A stretch of DNA of 64,000 nucleotides from Xylographa opegraphella (lineage: Eukaryota). The stretch lies in assembly GCA_022813865.1 (NCBI GenBank), contig JALDZX010000010.1, forward strand, positions 248,001-312,000. The letters are read 5' to 3'. Below are positions 36,854-48,857 of the stretch, in pieces (the first letter of the stretch is position 1; each line of letters begins with the position of its first letter). Below the pieces are notes generated by a model. It worked only from the letters and a program-made list of their open reading frames with translations, made no database searches and had not been told where the DNA came from. The translations under genes were made by a program, and so were the position numbers.

Positions 36854-37927
36854 ATGGCGGCCGACTTCTGGGCGGGATATTTGAGCGGTGCGGTAGGTAT
36901 CGTGATTGGGAACCCATTAGATCTGGTAAAGGTGCGGTTACAGGCTGGGGAAAATGCTTCCGTCTCAGCGTTGACCCCACGAGTCTCTTTTTATGGCCGA
37001 CTCACCTCCCTCGCCAGAGGTGTGTTCTCCAGCCATGCGCGAAACAATCATCCGGTCATGACAACTAAATCTCAAGTACAAAAGGTGTGGCAGCTCCTGT
37101 GCTGGGCTACGGAGCTCTCAACGCCCTCCTATTTGTTTCCTATAATCGTACATTACAATTATTTGATCCGAGTATCATAGATCCTACACAGCTCCAAGAG
37201 ACTAGTCTCTTCAAGGTCTGGTCCGCGGGTGCTTTGGGAGGCCTAGCAACATGGATAGTTTCTGCACCGACTGAACTGATTAAATGTCGGACGCAGCTCA
37301 ACCGGGAAGGGTTGAGCTCCTGGCTAATCACGAAAGAGGTCTGGCGGCAAGGAGGCCTTCGAGGGCTCTACTTCGGAGGTGGAGTGACTAGTATCCGTGA
37401 TGCGGTAGGATACGGATTTTAGTGAGTCCTTTGCTGGTATCTCAATGACAATGAAATTATGCTGAGTGAAGGCTATAAAAGCTTCTGGTCGTATGAGCTT
37501 AGCAAGCAACAGATAAGCGCCGAAGACGATTCTCGGCGTCGAGCGGCTTGGAACGTTTTGCTTTGTGGTGGATTAGCAGGCGTCATCACTTGGACTTCCA
37601 TTTTTCCACTCGATGTAATCAAAACAAGAGTCCAACTGCAATTAACACCTACTACGACTTCGGTGGAGCAGCGCCCACTTTTGACACAGCATGGGCACGC
37701 TGAGCGCAATGTAGCAGGCGCTCGACTTAGTGCGCTTCAGATAACCAAGCTTGCCTACTGTGAGGAAGGTCTAGGAGTCTTTTTCCGGGGACTGGGTGTC
37801 TGCAGTATCCGAGCTTTCGTCGTGAATGCGGTACAGGTATGCTTGGCGTCGATTACTGTATTCAGATCACTAATCTGAGCAGTGGACGGTGTATGAATGG
37901 ACAATGCGTGCTCTTCGCACAGCATGA
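36854..37927 (+). CDS. Mitochondrial carrier family protein (carnitine/basic amino acid carrier-like), 4 exons
   Basis: Three Px[DE]xx[KR]x[RK] signatures: PLDLVKVRLQ, PTELIKCRTQ, PLDVIKTRVQ. Introns near 37020..37084, 37422..37481, 37837..37882. Confidence 0.9.
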
Positions 37928-38138
37928 GAAGTATTCTACTCGGACGCCCTGGGCAATTCAACATCAATGTGGTGACCGTCATGTGGTTTCCTCATAGTAT
38001 CCGACACAGTACTTGATAAAATCGTCATGAAGAAGTCGACAGAAGGTACAGCAAGTAAGAATGCCATCAGTTCGCTTTCTTCGAGCATTGGAACAACATT
38101 CGCTCTTCCTTTAACTGAGTGAGCAATAAAATTGCCAT

Positions 38139-38534
38139 TTAGTTCCCAGGACCAACAGTGTTCCTGGCTTTCTCTCCGCTAACAATCAGGTAAACTTGAT
38201 ATCTGAGGACAGACAAGCCGGTATCACTTACGCTTTGCTGACCACATTGCTAATCCGATCTGCTGCAGATGAAGCGGTGGACTTGGAGCTATCCGACTTG
38301 GATCCACTGTCGAAGTATCAGGTATCAATACTGGAGCTCATCTTCAATAGCCACATACCGGCTGGCTGTATCTGCACCTCTATTTGTGTTATTTTGTAGC
38401 CTCTCCTGAGTAGACTTCATATTATTGGGAGTGGTATCCTGTCCTGCACACCGGTCAACACCGCTGCTATGCGATAGTCATAGGTCATGGTAATAGCTAC
38501 TCGAGGAATTGTTGTTACGCCCGACGTCAGACAT
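38139..38534 (-). CDS. Small hydrophilic Hsp12/Hsp9-like stress protein, 77 aa, 4 exons
   Basis: GCCACCATG start. Introns 38500..38444, 38358..38307 and 38231..38179 give MSDVGRNNNSSRQDTTPNNMKSTQERLQNNTNRGADTASRGSKSDSSKSTASSAADRISNVVSKAGEKARNTVGPGN*. MSD.GR, TP...KSTQ and KST match the Hsp12 pattern. Confidence 0.72.
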
Positions 38535-39761
38535 GGTGGCAGTCAGAGTCAGAAACGTGTGTATTGATGCGAGCGCTCTTCTAAGGGACACCTATGGTAG
38601 AAACTTGATGGTCAAGAAGGGCAAGTGTGAGATAGTGAGGATTTATAAAGTCAGGTAGATTCAGAACGGCAAGCTTGCAGAAACTGGGACACATGATCGT
38701 TCGGTAAACTCCCGGCCAATGAGGAGCTTGATGTCGTGGCTAGGTCAATTATCAGCAGGTCGTACAAAACATGGCATGTGATTATGGTTCCAATGCTATT
38801 GCTATCTGGACCAAACGCAATGAGAGAGACTCATGGGACAATCCATTACACCTTCAGATAGGAAGGAAGCCTGTGCTAAGGAGTGCGATGCTGCGAGGTT
38901 CAAGCCATGCGTGCTGGGTGACCGTGGACAGCATGACTTCTGGACACTAAAGCGCAGCAAGACCATTGACATACATGAGCAACTCTACACTGCACGTTCT
39001 TGCGGCCAGCTGCAGGATCTCACCTAGATAGGTAAGTAAACGTTCAGACCATGTCAGCCCGTGCATGCGACCAAGGATGCACACTCAGCCGGAAACTTCC
39101 CCACGTGAGCTGACGTGCATACAGGTCTTGATAACACCATTGAGGCAATACCTGGTAAGTCCATTTCTTTTGGGGGGAGTAGGCTTTGTTTGCTATCAAA
39201 CACTTTCGATCCCGCAGAGGTCGACACTGATAAATTCCACGCAACCTTTCTCGTCTGTTGATCACCTACGTGCAGATAGCTCCACTCTTTGTTACTCTAG
39301 ACAGTCTTCAGGAGTTCAGGATGAAGTACGATATGTGATCCAAGTGTTTGTCATCATATGCCTTTGGACACAGGCTGGAGGTTGAGGCTCGGCGACAAGG
39401 ACGGACCGCGTAGCTTTGGTCCGTGCGCAGACGCTACTGTAGCATGCATGACGCTGCTCAAGTTGGATCTGGACGACCCAATTGTACTGCATCGCCATAT
39501 TGTAACTCTAATATACTCTGTTTCTATCTATTTTCATATGTAATATCACATACCGTAGTTCTCAGCGTTCACATTGCAACTATGAGCCTAGCTCGCCGAC
39601 TAGCTCCTTTTTGTTTTGATCTGAGTATGGCCACGAGACTGGACCCAAGTTTCTTCTTGAATCGATAGCTTTTCTTTGGTTCCCTTTACCTCGATTTCTC
39701 TAACTCCAACTCCATACCTTGAACGTCTGAACAGAGGGATATACGTACCTAGTTGCCTTTC

Positions 39762-41714
39762 ATGGTGGACTTGCTCGAAAAGGAGGAGTGGGACTTGTCT
39801 CCGATCATCAACCTCATTAATTCTCTTTCTGCCCCTGACGATGTGCACCTGGTAACTGATGTACGAAGTCGGCGTTTCAACGACTCCCACTATGCACCTC
39901 CTTCTGAACTACAGAAAGCAGACAACCCCTATCTCGGAAATTTCGATGATATCTGGAAGTTCCTTGGGCAGCCTTGTGACGTTGAAGCACCGAAGATCAA
40001 TCCATCCCTCAAGGTAGATCCTTATATCTTCTCAGGACCCGAGGATATTCATGTCACTGGAGACGAGAGCAGCAACGATAATGGAAATGCAAAAGCTGTA
40101 CGATGGCGGGATGAGACCGTGGGCGCAGATCTAGAGGATAATGACCAGCATGACAGACTGAATTCGATTACCAATAATTCCGGGTTATCAAAGTCTCAGC
40201 AGAAGAGGCAAAGGCGAAAACTGCGGAAAGAGCTGAAAGACGAAGCAGGTTGCACGACTCAGCCATCTGCAAGCGTTGTTCAATCTGCGGGCATTTCAGA
40301 TAAAGAGGATAATGAACAACACGACGGACCAAGTTTGACAGCCAATAATTCGGGCTTAACATTGTATCAGTTGAGGAAGCAGAGGAGAAAAGTGCTGAGA
40401 AAGCGTAGTAAATATGAAGCACTCGTTGCGGCTCAACTATCCGCAAGTGGCATTCAATCCGACAACATCGCAGATACAGAGGATAATGGCCAGCAAGACG
40501 GGTTCGATGCGGTAACCAACGTTCCAGGCTCAACACAGATTCAGACGAAGAAGGAACGGAAAAGACTGGAGAGAGAGGCTAAATATGAAGCACTGGGTGC
40601 GGCTCCATTATCTACAAGCGGCATTCAATCCGACAGCACCGTGGAACAGCAATCCATGACCCGAAGGGCTTTGATCCAGCAGATCACCAATAGTACTCCT
40701 GCCTACGGGCTCTCTGCACCACTCTCCGCGAACCTGTCTCGAGCCTTTCTAGAGAATTGTCGTCGGAATGGAATTACTGTAGGCAACAGTCCTTACCCTC
40801 TCGTCCGAACCCAATCAGCACCGAGCATCCCAGCTGTGCCACAAGAAACTTCACGTGAGGTCAACCTATCAGTTGCTGCAACGAAAAAGGCAATACTGCT
40901 GTCAAAACTGAAAGCACAATTTGTCGACGAGAGACCGCTTCTCGAGAACCTCGCGGTCTTACAGCATACCATGAATGGTCATGAAACCTCTGTCGAGGGT
41001 ATCCACGTTTTCGTCGATATCTCAAACGTAGGCTCACTCCACCTCTCATCACCCTCCACGCTAACATTTTAGATCCTCATCGGCTTCCACGACGCTCTCA
41101 AACTCGCCCGCGGGCTCTCCATCCACACTCGCTTGCGCCGCCAAACCCTCTCCTTTCACAATCTTTCCTTGATTCTCGAGCGCGGCCGCCCCACCGCCAA
41201 ACGCGTCCTGGCCGGCTCCGACAACATCGACGCCACGCAAGAGGCCTCTCAGCTCGGGTACGAAACCAACATCCTCGACCGCGTCCACAAAGCCAAGCCC
41301 CTCACCCCAAGCCAAAGGCGCTACCTTCAACCCCCCAACCCCTCCACCACAAATCTCTTCTCCGGCCAGTCCAGTGGCTCCGAAACGAACCCGACACACG
41401 GTCCGGAGAAATGGGTCGAGCAGGCGGTGGACGAAATTCTGCACCTGAAGATCCTGGAGAGCGTGGTGGATGCGCCGACGCCCTCGACCATCGTACTTGC
41501 TACCGGGGATGCCGCGGAGGCGGAGTACTCGGGCGGGTTTTTGAGGATGGTCGAGCGTGCGTTGGCCAAGGGCTGGCGGGTCGAAGTGGTCAGCTTCAGG
41601 CACAACACCAGTGGCGCCTATCGGCGCAGGGACTTTTGCGCGGCGTGGGGGGAGAGCTTCCGCACCGTGGAGCTGGACCCGTTTGTGGAGGAGCTGCTGG
41701 TGGCGCAGGCTTGA
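39762..41714 (+). CDS. NYN/PIN-like (LabA/DUF88-type) domain protein with an internal triplication, 2 exons
   Basis: IHVFVDISN|ILIGF, KRVLAGS, EQAVDEILHLKILES, TIVLATGDAAEAEYSGGF, GWRVEVVSF. Intron 41028..41072. Confidence 0.8.
40125..40640 (+). repeat. Three diverged in-frame tandem units of about 171-174 nt within the NYN-like CDS
   Basis: Units start at about 40125, 40296 and 40470 (GCAGATCTAGAGGATAATGACCAGCA / TCAGATAAAGAGGATAATGAACAACA / GCAGATACAGAGGATAATGGCCAGCA). Confidence 0.85.
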
Positions 41715-42307
41715 TCGATGGGGAATCGATATCGGAAAGATTGCTGCGTACTGCTTATACTGTTCGACGCGAAGACGTCCTTTCCTTTGATCGCAAAACG
41801 CTCGCACTCGACTGCACCGGGATGGTGCTGCGGGCTGCTTCCTGGCAGGAAGTGTCGTGGAGATAATGTTGCAGGGATGATGTTCGAAGGAATAAAAGGC
41901 TAACCGGCCATCATACGATACTGACTTGGGAAGCAATTTCTCAGTCACGTCTGCTTGGATTGACGGCATCCGAAGCAATATCTGCGTTTTTTCTCCCACA
42001 GGGATTTTGCGTGGAATTTTCTGTTTACTCGATCGATGTACATAGACTAGGAGCACCATCTACAGATGGAGTTGTACTGCATTTGTGAGACCAAAGGAGT
42101 CTGCATTCACAGAAACTGTCCCGAAGAAATCTATGATCCGCGTGACCCGAATAATCCTGGAGATCTAGTGTGTGTGTTTCTAACAAACCACACAAGGATC
42201 TCACGGACGAACTCCAGCAGTCGTTTCTCATGCACATCAACACGTCGGTCATCTCATCGCTTCATCTATGAACCCATCTTCTCTATTCCTTTTTATGTCT
42301 GGTCCCT

Positions 42308-44073
42308 CTAATGCCCTCCAAAGTCCCCCTTTTCAGCCATGACCGATTGACACCTTGCCAAAATGGCCGCCTGGCGCCCCACCTCACCCAACTTCCCAAC
42401 GACCTCCCGATTCCCATCTACAAACCCATACAGCGCGTAGGGGATACCCACCTCCTTGCAGAACTCCTGCACCAGCTTCTGCGTTCGCCGCAGATTATGC
42501 CGCGGGATACGGGGGAATAGATGGTGGATGGCTTGGAACTGCAGGCCGCCGTGGACGAAATCCAGCCAGGCCGGGCAGTCCACGTCCATGGTGGTTCGTA
42601 GCATTTTCTGAGGAAATGACTCGTCTACCCCGAGGTCGGCTGTGCTCATGGCGAAGTGGGAAAGCGTGATCTGGACGTGCAGAGGGGCGGTGACCATGTG
42701 GCTGATGAGGACGAAGGCGATACGCGTGCTGGTATTCGGGATACTGCGGTAGACGATACCGTAGCCGAACCAGGTCCAGAAAAAGGCCTGCCCGACGATT
42801 TCGAACCAGCGGTGCCACCACGCTGGGCCTTGTTTGGGGCCTTGGCCGAGGATGAGGTACACCCAGCTTAGACGGTAGAGGTTAAAGCGGCCTAAAGTGA
42901 GAATAGGATAGTAAAGATAGCGCTGGTAACGTACGACGAAGCGAGCAAAAATATCGTAGTGCATAACACGCTCATAGTAGGAGGAACGTAACGAAGCGAA
43001 AAAGCGGTGCGAGATTGCGAAGAAGGGCATGTGCTCAATATCGGGGTCGTGCTCAGGGGAATTAGTCACGATATGGTGGACGTTGTGATTGTGCTTCCAC
43101 CAGCCAAGCGAGAGGCCGCCTAGAAAGTCGGAGACTATGATACCGACCACGGTATCTGTGTGGAATGATTGCGTGATGCCCATGTGGCCGGCATCATGGG
43201 CGGTAAAGGCGAGCTGGTGCCAGAAGGCCCCTAGGGAGAGGCTACTGGTCAGGTAGTAATCGTGCTTTAGGAGAAATAAGAATGCACCGAAGAGAAAAGT
43301 GTAGCGACAGATTTCGATGAGATAGGAGCGGTAAGAGCATTCGAACAGGCCTTCGTTGCGTACTCGATCCTGAAGGGCTCGGTACTTTTGTACAATGTCG
43401 GATTGAGTGTTTGCATCTAATGAGGGGTATTTATCGATGTCCAAGTCAATTTCATGCTGCGTGTAAGCATCCATGTAGGACATCTTGGTGGTATCCAGAG
43501 GATCAAGGTCGATAGAGGAGACCGAAGAGATAGAGGAGCTGTAGCCCTTTTCCCGTCCCTCCCCACGTCTCCACCGGAAGGACTCATCGGACATTTCTGT
43601 ATAATCGAAGACCGGAGATCCAGACAATGAGCTTCGCTCACTGGGACTGGCCACCTCAAATATCTCTTCATCCTCGCTCATATCTACCTCCTCTTTCGAC
43701 CTAAACTGGCCGCCTTGTATTGGAGGCAAGAAGTTCTTCCACTGTCCTTGAATCTGGCCAATCCGAAACGAGCCCATCAGTCGTCGAGCCTCAAAGGAGT
43801 GTAACCTACGAATCAGTTAGCCAATTAATCAGTCCTGATTTCCTCGCAAAAGGCTCCTTACGCATTGACTTCATCAGTAGCATCTCGTCCTATCATGTGC
43901 ATGATCGCCTTTTCTCCTCCGGGATGATATTTCAACCATGCATCTACTTTCAAGACATTCCTATCGACAATAATGATTCTCTGGCCCCGAGCAATGAGGT
44001 CTCCAACATCCTGCCGTGATAGGACTTTCTCCCCTCGCTGATGAGATACACGATCTTGCGCAGTTGCTGTCAT
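42308..44073 (-). CDS. SLD1: Sphingolipid delta-8 desaturase with a cytochrome b5 domain, 2 exons
   Basis: HPGG and GRDATDE in the b5 domain; His boxes HDAGH, HNVHH, QAIHH. Intron 43861..43806. Confidence 0.9.
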
Positions 44074-44551
44074 CGTACGATGGGAGAATTGTGCTTCGCA
44101 GCACTATTGCAGCCTTTCAGTAGCCAATCAAGGTACTGGAAATGAACAGAGAGAATCGACGGCCTGTGAACAGACGAAAGTAAGTTTCCTGAGAGGCATT
44201 TGTTGGATCAACAGGGGCTCGAGGCACGGCCGAGGGCGGGCGACAAGGGCCTTCCCGCCGTATCGAGGGGCAAAAAGGCTATTACTGCCTGGGGCACCGG
44301 TGCCTGGGGAGCACTAGATACCCGAGTTCCTACATTAAGCACTTTTACGGAATACCTCTGGATGTGATCTGTAAATACCTACTCAACCGAGCCTCAGGTT
44401 GCGGAGCACGAGACTTATTTGATGGGCCGCAGATGAACTGGTCGTTTCGCGGGAACCATATTGACTCATGGTCTAAATCCTGGAGTACGCTGATCCATGC
44501 CAGCAGCCAGATCAAAGGTGGTCATTGATTACAGCTTGGTGTACTGCCGCT

Positions 44552-46336
44552 ATGGCCACATTACGTGAACTATGGGAAGAATGGCTACGATTGGATATGC
44601 GTCCGAAGACCAGAGTGGAAATCCAAAAATTGGTCGAGCATGGAGATACTGAAGAGTTGGAGAGACGTCTGAGACCCAGGATCTCCTTTGGTACCGCTGG
44701 GCTGAGAGCCCGAATGCAAGCTGGCTTTGCGCGGATGAATCATCTCATTGTCATTCAAACATCTCAAGGTTTAGCAGAGCACCTTCTGGAGAACATATCT
44801 AATGCTAGAGATCGTGGCGTTGTGATCGGCAGAGATGGGCGGCGAGACTCATCACTTTTTGCAGAGATGGCAGCGGCAGTTTTTCTTGCAAAACGTTTCA
44901 GGGTATGGTATTTTGAACAGGTTGTTCATACTCCAATGGTACCCTTCACAATTGACGAACTCGGTGCCGCAGCGGGGATTATGATTACGGCAAGTCATAA
45001 TCCTGGGTGGGACAACGGCTACAAGGTTTATGGCCAAAATGGCTGCCAGATCAATTCCCCCCAGGATAAATCGATTGCAGCTCATATATTAGACAACCTC
45101 GAGCCTATGGAAGGTCTCGAACCCATCCACAACGGCCTTTCTAAACATGATCCGGCTTTGTTGGTCGATGCTGGTACTACGTTCATTCCTAAATACTGCA
45201 CTCAAGTTTCCGACTTGATCTTCGCAGAGCCATACAGCCTTAGGCTGCCTAAATTTGTATATACCGCGATGCACGGAGTTGGGCTGTCTTTTCTTCACCG
45301 GTCTTTAAAACGCATTGTTGTATGTGATGCAAGAAGCAAACATAGGACAGAAAGCGATGTTGTGCATGAGATCATATACATAGTCGAATCTCAAGCTATG
45401 CCTGACCCAGACTTTCCTACTGTCACATACCCAAACCCTGAAGAACAAGGAGCACTGGACCTTGCCAAGGACATGGCAAATAGTGAGGGGATTTCACTCA
45501 TCTTCGCGAACGACCCTGATGCTGACCGCTTCGCCGTGGCTGAAAGGGTCGAGGGCGAGTGGCACCAGTTCACCGGTGATCAAGTTGGGGTCTTGCTCGG
45601 ATACTATATGTCTACATTCAATTCACATCTCGAGGGTATGATGATGCTCACTTCAGCAGTATCGTCACAAATGCTGGCAAAAATCGGCGCAGTTGAAGGG
45701 TTCATCGTCGAAGAGACTCTGACCGGATTCAAATGGCTAGGTAATCGTTCGATGGAATTTGGGGACAAAGTGGTATTTGCCTACGAAGAAGCACTAGGTT
45801 ACATGCTCCCGGTAATTGTGCACGATAAGGATGGAGTTGCCGCTGCTATAAAATTTCTGGAGGCTTGCTCACATTGGCAGTCGCCATGGTCGAAGCTCCA
45901 GGAATTGTATCAGAAATATGGCTATTTTGAGACAATGAATACATACTGGCGGTGTGATGACCATGAAGCAGTAGACTTTGTCTTTGCGAAGATACGCCAA
46001 GATGTGTCAGAATTCCCTGCAGACAGAAGACTTGAACGTTTCAGAGATCTGACGAACGGAACAGACAGTGGAACTGAAGACGGTAAACCGATTCTGCCTG
46101 TGGATCCTAATACTCAAATGATCACCTGTTGGCTGAGTGGCAACGAGCACGACGATGGGATCAGATTCACAATCCGAGCTTCTGGAACGGAACCAAAAGT
46201 GAAGCTTTATCTCGAGTGTCATAGTCGAAGTCAAGCAAATGCTCGAATTGGTGCTTCGGAGATACTAAGGATAATCAATGCCACCTGGTTTAATGACAAG
46301 CGACTAGTGCTCGAGAAGAAGTACGATATCAGCTGA
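44552..46336 (+). CDS. Alpha-D-phosphohexomutase family enzyme (phosphopentomutase/PGM2-like, yeast Prm15/Pgm3-like)
   Basis: FGTAGLR, catalytic ITASHNP, metal loop DPDADR, YEEALGY, DKDG, RASGTEPKVKLY. Intronless. Confidence 0.92.
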   Translation: MATLRELWEEWLRLDMRPKTRVEIQKLVEHGDTEELERRLRPRISFGTAGLRARMQAGFARMNHLIVIQTSQGLAEHLLENISNARDRGVVIGRDGRRDSSLFAEMAAAVFLAKRFRVWYFEQVVHTPMVPFTIDELGAAAGIMITASHNPGWDNGYKVYGQNGCQINSPQDKSIAAHILDNLEPMEGLEPIHNGLSKHDPALLVDAGTTFIPKYCTQVSDLIFAEPYSLRLPKFVYTAMHGVGLSFLHRSLKRIVVCDARSKHRTESDVVHEIIYIVESQAMPDPDFPTVTYPNPEEQGALDLAKDMANSEGISLIFANDPDADRFAVAERVEGEWHQFTGDQVGVLLGYYMSTFNSHLEGMMMLTSAVSSQMLAKIGAVEGFIVEETLTGFKWLGNRSMEFGDKVVFAYEEALGYMLPVIVHDKDGVAAAIKFLEACSHWQSPWSKLQELYQKYGYFETMNTYWRCDDHEAVDFVFAKIRQDVSEFPADRRLERFRDLTNGTDSGTEDGKPILPVDPNTQMITCWLSGNEHDDGIRFTIRASGTEPKVKLYLECHSRSQANARIGASEILRIINATWFNDKRLVLEKKYDIS

Positions 46337-46934
46337 GACGATCAATTCACAAAAACACTTGAAGCTTGCTTCTGAGTGTCTGTTGATATAATGACTACCA
46401 ATATCCTACATGCCAATACTTGCTCCTCTGAACTCCACATTATGTACATCATTTTACTTTATGCCAAGGTTGAGCCGTGGGGCGAGAGTCACCTCGTCGG
46501 GAACATACCTTACTTCTGTTTTCGTACATATCGTCTTTGAGTTACTATGCTTGGCTTTTTCTCTGTCTGGCTCGCTGCTCCATGGGTCATTTCGCGGCAT
46601 TCACTGTGGTCATCTACACATCCTGCGTATTGACAGTATGACTGTTTGCTGCATGTGATACTGTAGCAAACAGTATTTTGGTCCTTGCTTTCATGTTCCA
46701 CAGAGACTCCGCTGGACAAACTCCCGCTGTTGTATTAATATCCCAGAGCCCACGATCGACAATAGGAACTCACTTTGCCATTATATCTCTTTCATAAGTC
46801 CTAAGTACCGGAACGAGATAGAAACTTATTCCGCTATTCAAAAGAACACTACAAACCTGGCATACGCACCGATGCGTGGCCGCAATTTTGTGGCTGCTAG
46901 ACACAACGGCCAATACATGGATCCGCGTTACAGA

Positions 46935-47285
46935 ATGTCGTCAGAATATTACGAACCTTGGGACTATGACATGAGATATGACCGGGGTCACCGTCTCCGT
47001 CCAACGTTTCAACTGGGCAATGGGACATATATTCGCGATATCTTGTGAGCAACTCTCCTTCCATGGTATTGCTGAGACTATCGAATAATCGTGAAATGTA
47101 GTGATCGTTCCTACCCACGCATGAATCCACGTTATATGGGAGTCGGTACAGACTATCCCAACCACTATAGGTACGATCCAAGGAGACTTCCGACTCGGCA
47201 CCGCATGCCAATACCGTGGTCTGATCATGCTCCAATGGTCTATGGTGATCCGTATCATGATCATCGTCAACGGCGGAGGCGCTGA
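46935..47285 (+). CDS. Putative small Tyr/Arg/Asp/Pro-rich orphan protein, 97 aa, 2 exons
   Basis: MSSEYYEPWDYDMRYDRGHRLRPTFQLGNGTYIRDIF joined via intron 47045..47101 (GTGAGC..TAG) to DRSYPRMNPRYMGVGTDYPNHYRYDPRR...RRRR*. Both exons have the same compositional bias. Confidence 0.45.
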
Positions 47286-47608
47286 AAGAGTGAATTAACT
47301 GCTGAAGCGGATTGTTTTCATTAATTGTCGCCGTCAAGCGTTCGGGATATTGTTATTAGCTCTTAGAGACTACTTCTCATGCGTGTTTTAGTAAAAATAT
47401 GGAGTTTCACATGACGCGATTTGATCAATTGAGTAATCTGTAGTGTTGCAAAGGTATCCAATACTTGATACCCTAAAAACACGAGTTTGAGAACATAAGT
47501 TCTTCGTCGATTTAAGACTCCCATCGCTATGCTAGTTTCTCAAATGCTTTCGTAGGACCGACCTTATGTACACTGTATAACTCAAGAAGTCAACTGCTTA
47601 CATGTCCT

Positions 47609-48649
47609 TCATTGTATCGTCCCCCCTTTTCGTAGGCCTTCTCGCAGAATATCCCAGTTCAATCCATCAATTTTTCTTCCGCTTAGCTTGCTTCCTAAAT
47701 CGACAGCTTCTTTAACCTGGCCCTTGGCAAGTTTCCGCATCATAAGTGTATCCTTGGCTCCATAAAGAGTAGTCCCCAATCCTCGGTTCAAGAATTCCTC
47801 GAACCACCGCTCTTCTTCGTCGCTGAATGGTAAGTTAATGAGTTCCAACGCCCTAGAAGCCCGAGCGCTCCCGGCTGAGTTCGCATGTACGAACGTTATC
47901 AGCTCTACGAAGAGGGGACGGTGCTGAAGCGGCCCGCGGCAGCGGGAAAAGTAAAATGCCTCAGTGAGGCTAGCTTTACACGAACGCTCGAAGAAGGCAC
48001 AAAGGACTTTGGCCGATGCGAGAGGTGGATAAACGGAGTGATAATAGGACAGGGGAAGGGAGGAGTCGTTTTGGGGGGCATGTCGGCAGAGGGTGTAGAG
48101 TATTTCATCCGGGAAAGTTGGGATAAGGGTGGGAGAAGCAAGGTAGTCAAGAGCTCTCTGTGAGGCCAAGATTAGCATGAGCTCAAGGCGTAGATTATGA
48201 AGAGCAGTTACCTCGAGCTTCAGCCTGTCTAGATACCATATGCCGTCTATAAAGGTTTGGTACTTGTCCGGCAAATAAGATCTCTCTGCGAAAGCTTCTG
48301 CGCCTGATGCCTCTGACGGCAGGTCTCTGAGTAAATAGTAGACAAGAGACTGCTTCTGGTGATCTGGAGAAGCGCTACTGGTAATGCGATTGAAGAGGAT
48401 CCGCAGGTCGTGGTTAGAGTGCGGTGGATACAGCTTTGAAGCTTCATAGGTCAGAACTTCTAGGGATCAACACCGTTTCAGTGGAGCATGCGTACCTTGA
48501 TCGATTCCTACAGCTTTGAGGAGCCGGTCAAAGAAGAGCTCGTTTTCTAGAAGCCGCCGATGCTTTTGTATAGCGTGGAGAGCTTGTTCATGATATGCCA
48601 CATTTGGTTCAGAGCCAAACACGTCGTCAAATTCTTCCTCAGTTTCCAT
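47609..48649 (-). CDS. ELYS-like nuclear pore assembly protein, 3 exons
   Basis: LFFDRLL, KLYPP, KQSLVYYLLRD, FIDGIWYLDR, PTLIPTFPDEIL, LINLPFSDEEERWFEEFL. Introns about 48495..48442 and 48211..48158. Confidence 0.8.
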
Positions 48650-48793
48650 ACTCTCCCGTTGCTTTAGATGAATAAATTAGGATCCAAGAGCGCCAGTTGA
48701 AGAAGGCTGAATACAAGGAGGTAACTTTACGCTAGTGTGCAATGCTTGGCTGCGGAGACTAATTTAGGATAGCGGCGACACAGGGCTGGCAAA

Positions 48794-48800
48794 GTAAACA
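48794..48800 (+). promoter_or_regulatory. Forkhead-like site (GTAAACA) in the ELYS/SMC4 bidirectional promoter
   Basis: Exact GTAAACA within the 208-nt divergent intergenic region. Confidence 0.35.
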
Positions 48801-48857
48801 CAGGCACGTCCACCAGATTTAACCCGCTTTCATCTCTGCTCTGACCTATTGCTCAGC

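Noticed and set aside
41061..42059. 332-aa minus-strand ORF
   Set aside because: Antisense shadow of the GC-rich NYN-like exon 2.
42308..46336. Desaturase plus phosphomutase as a biosynthetic cluster
   Set aside because: Unrelated primary-metabolism genes, with no PKS, NRPS or tailoring enzymes in the window.
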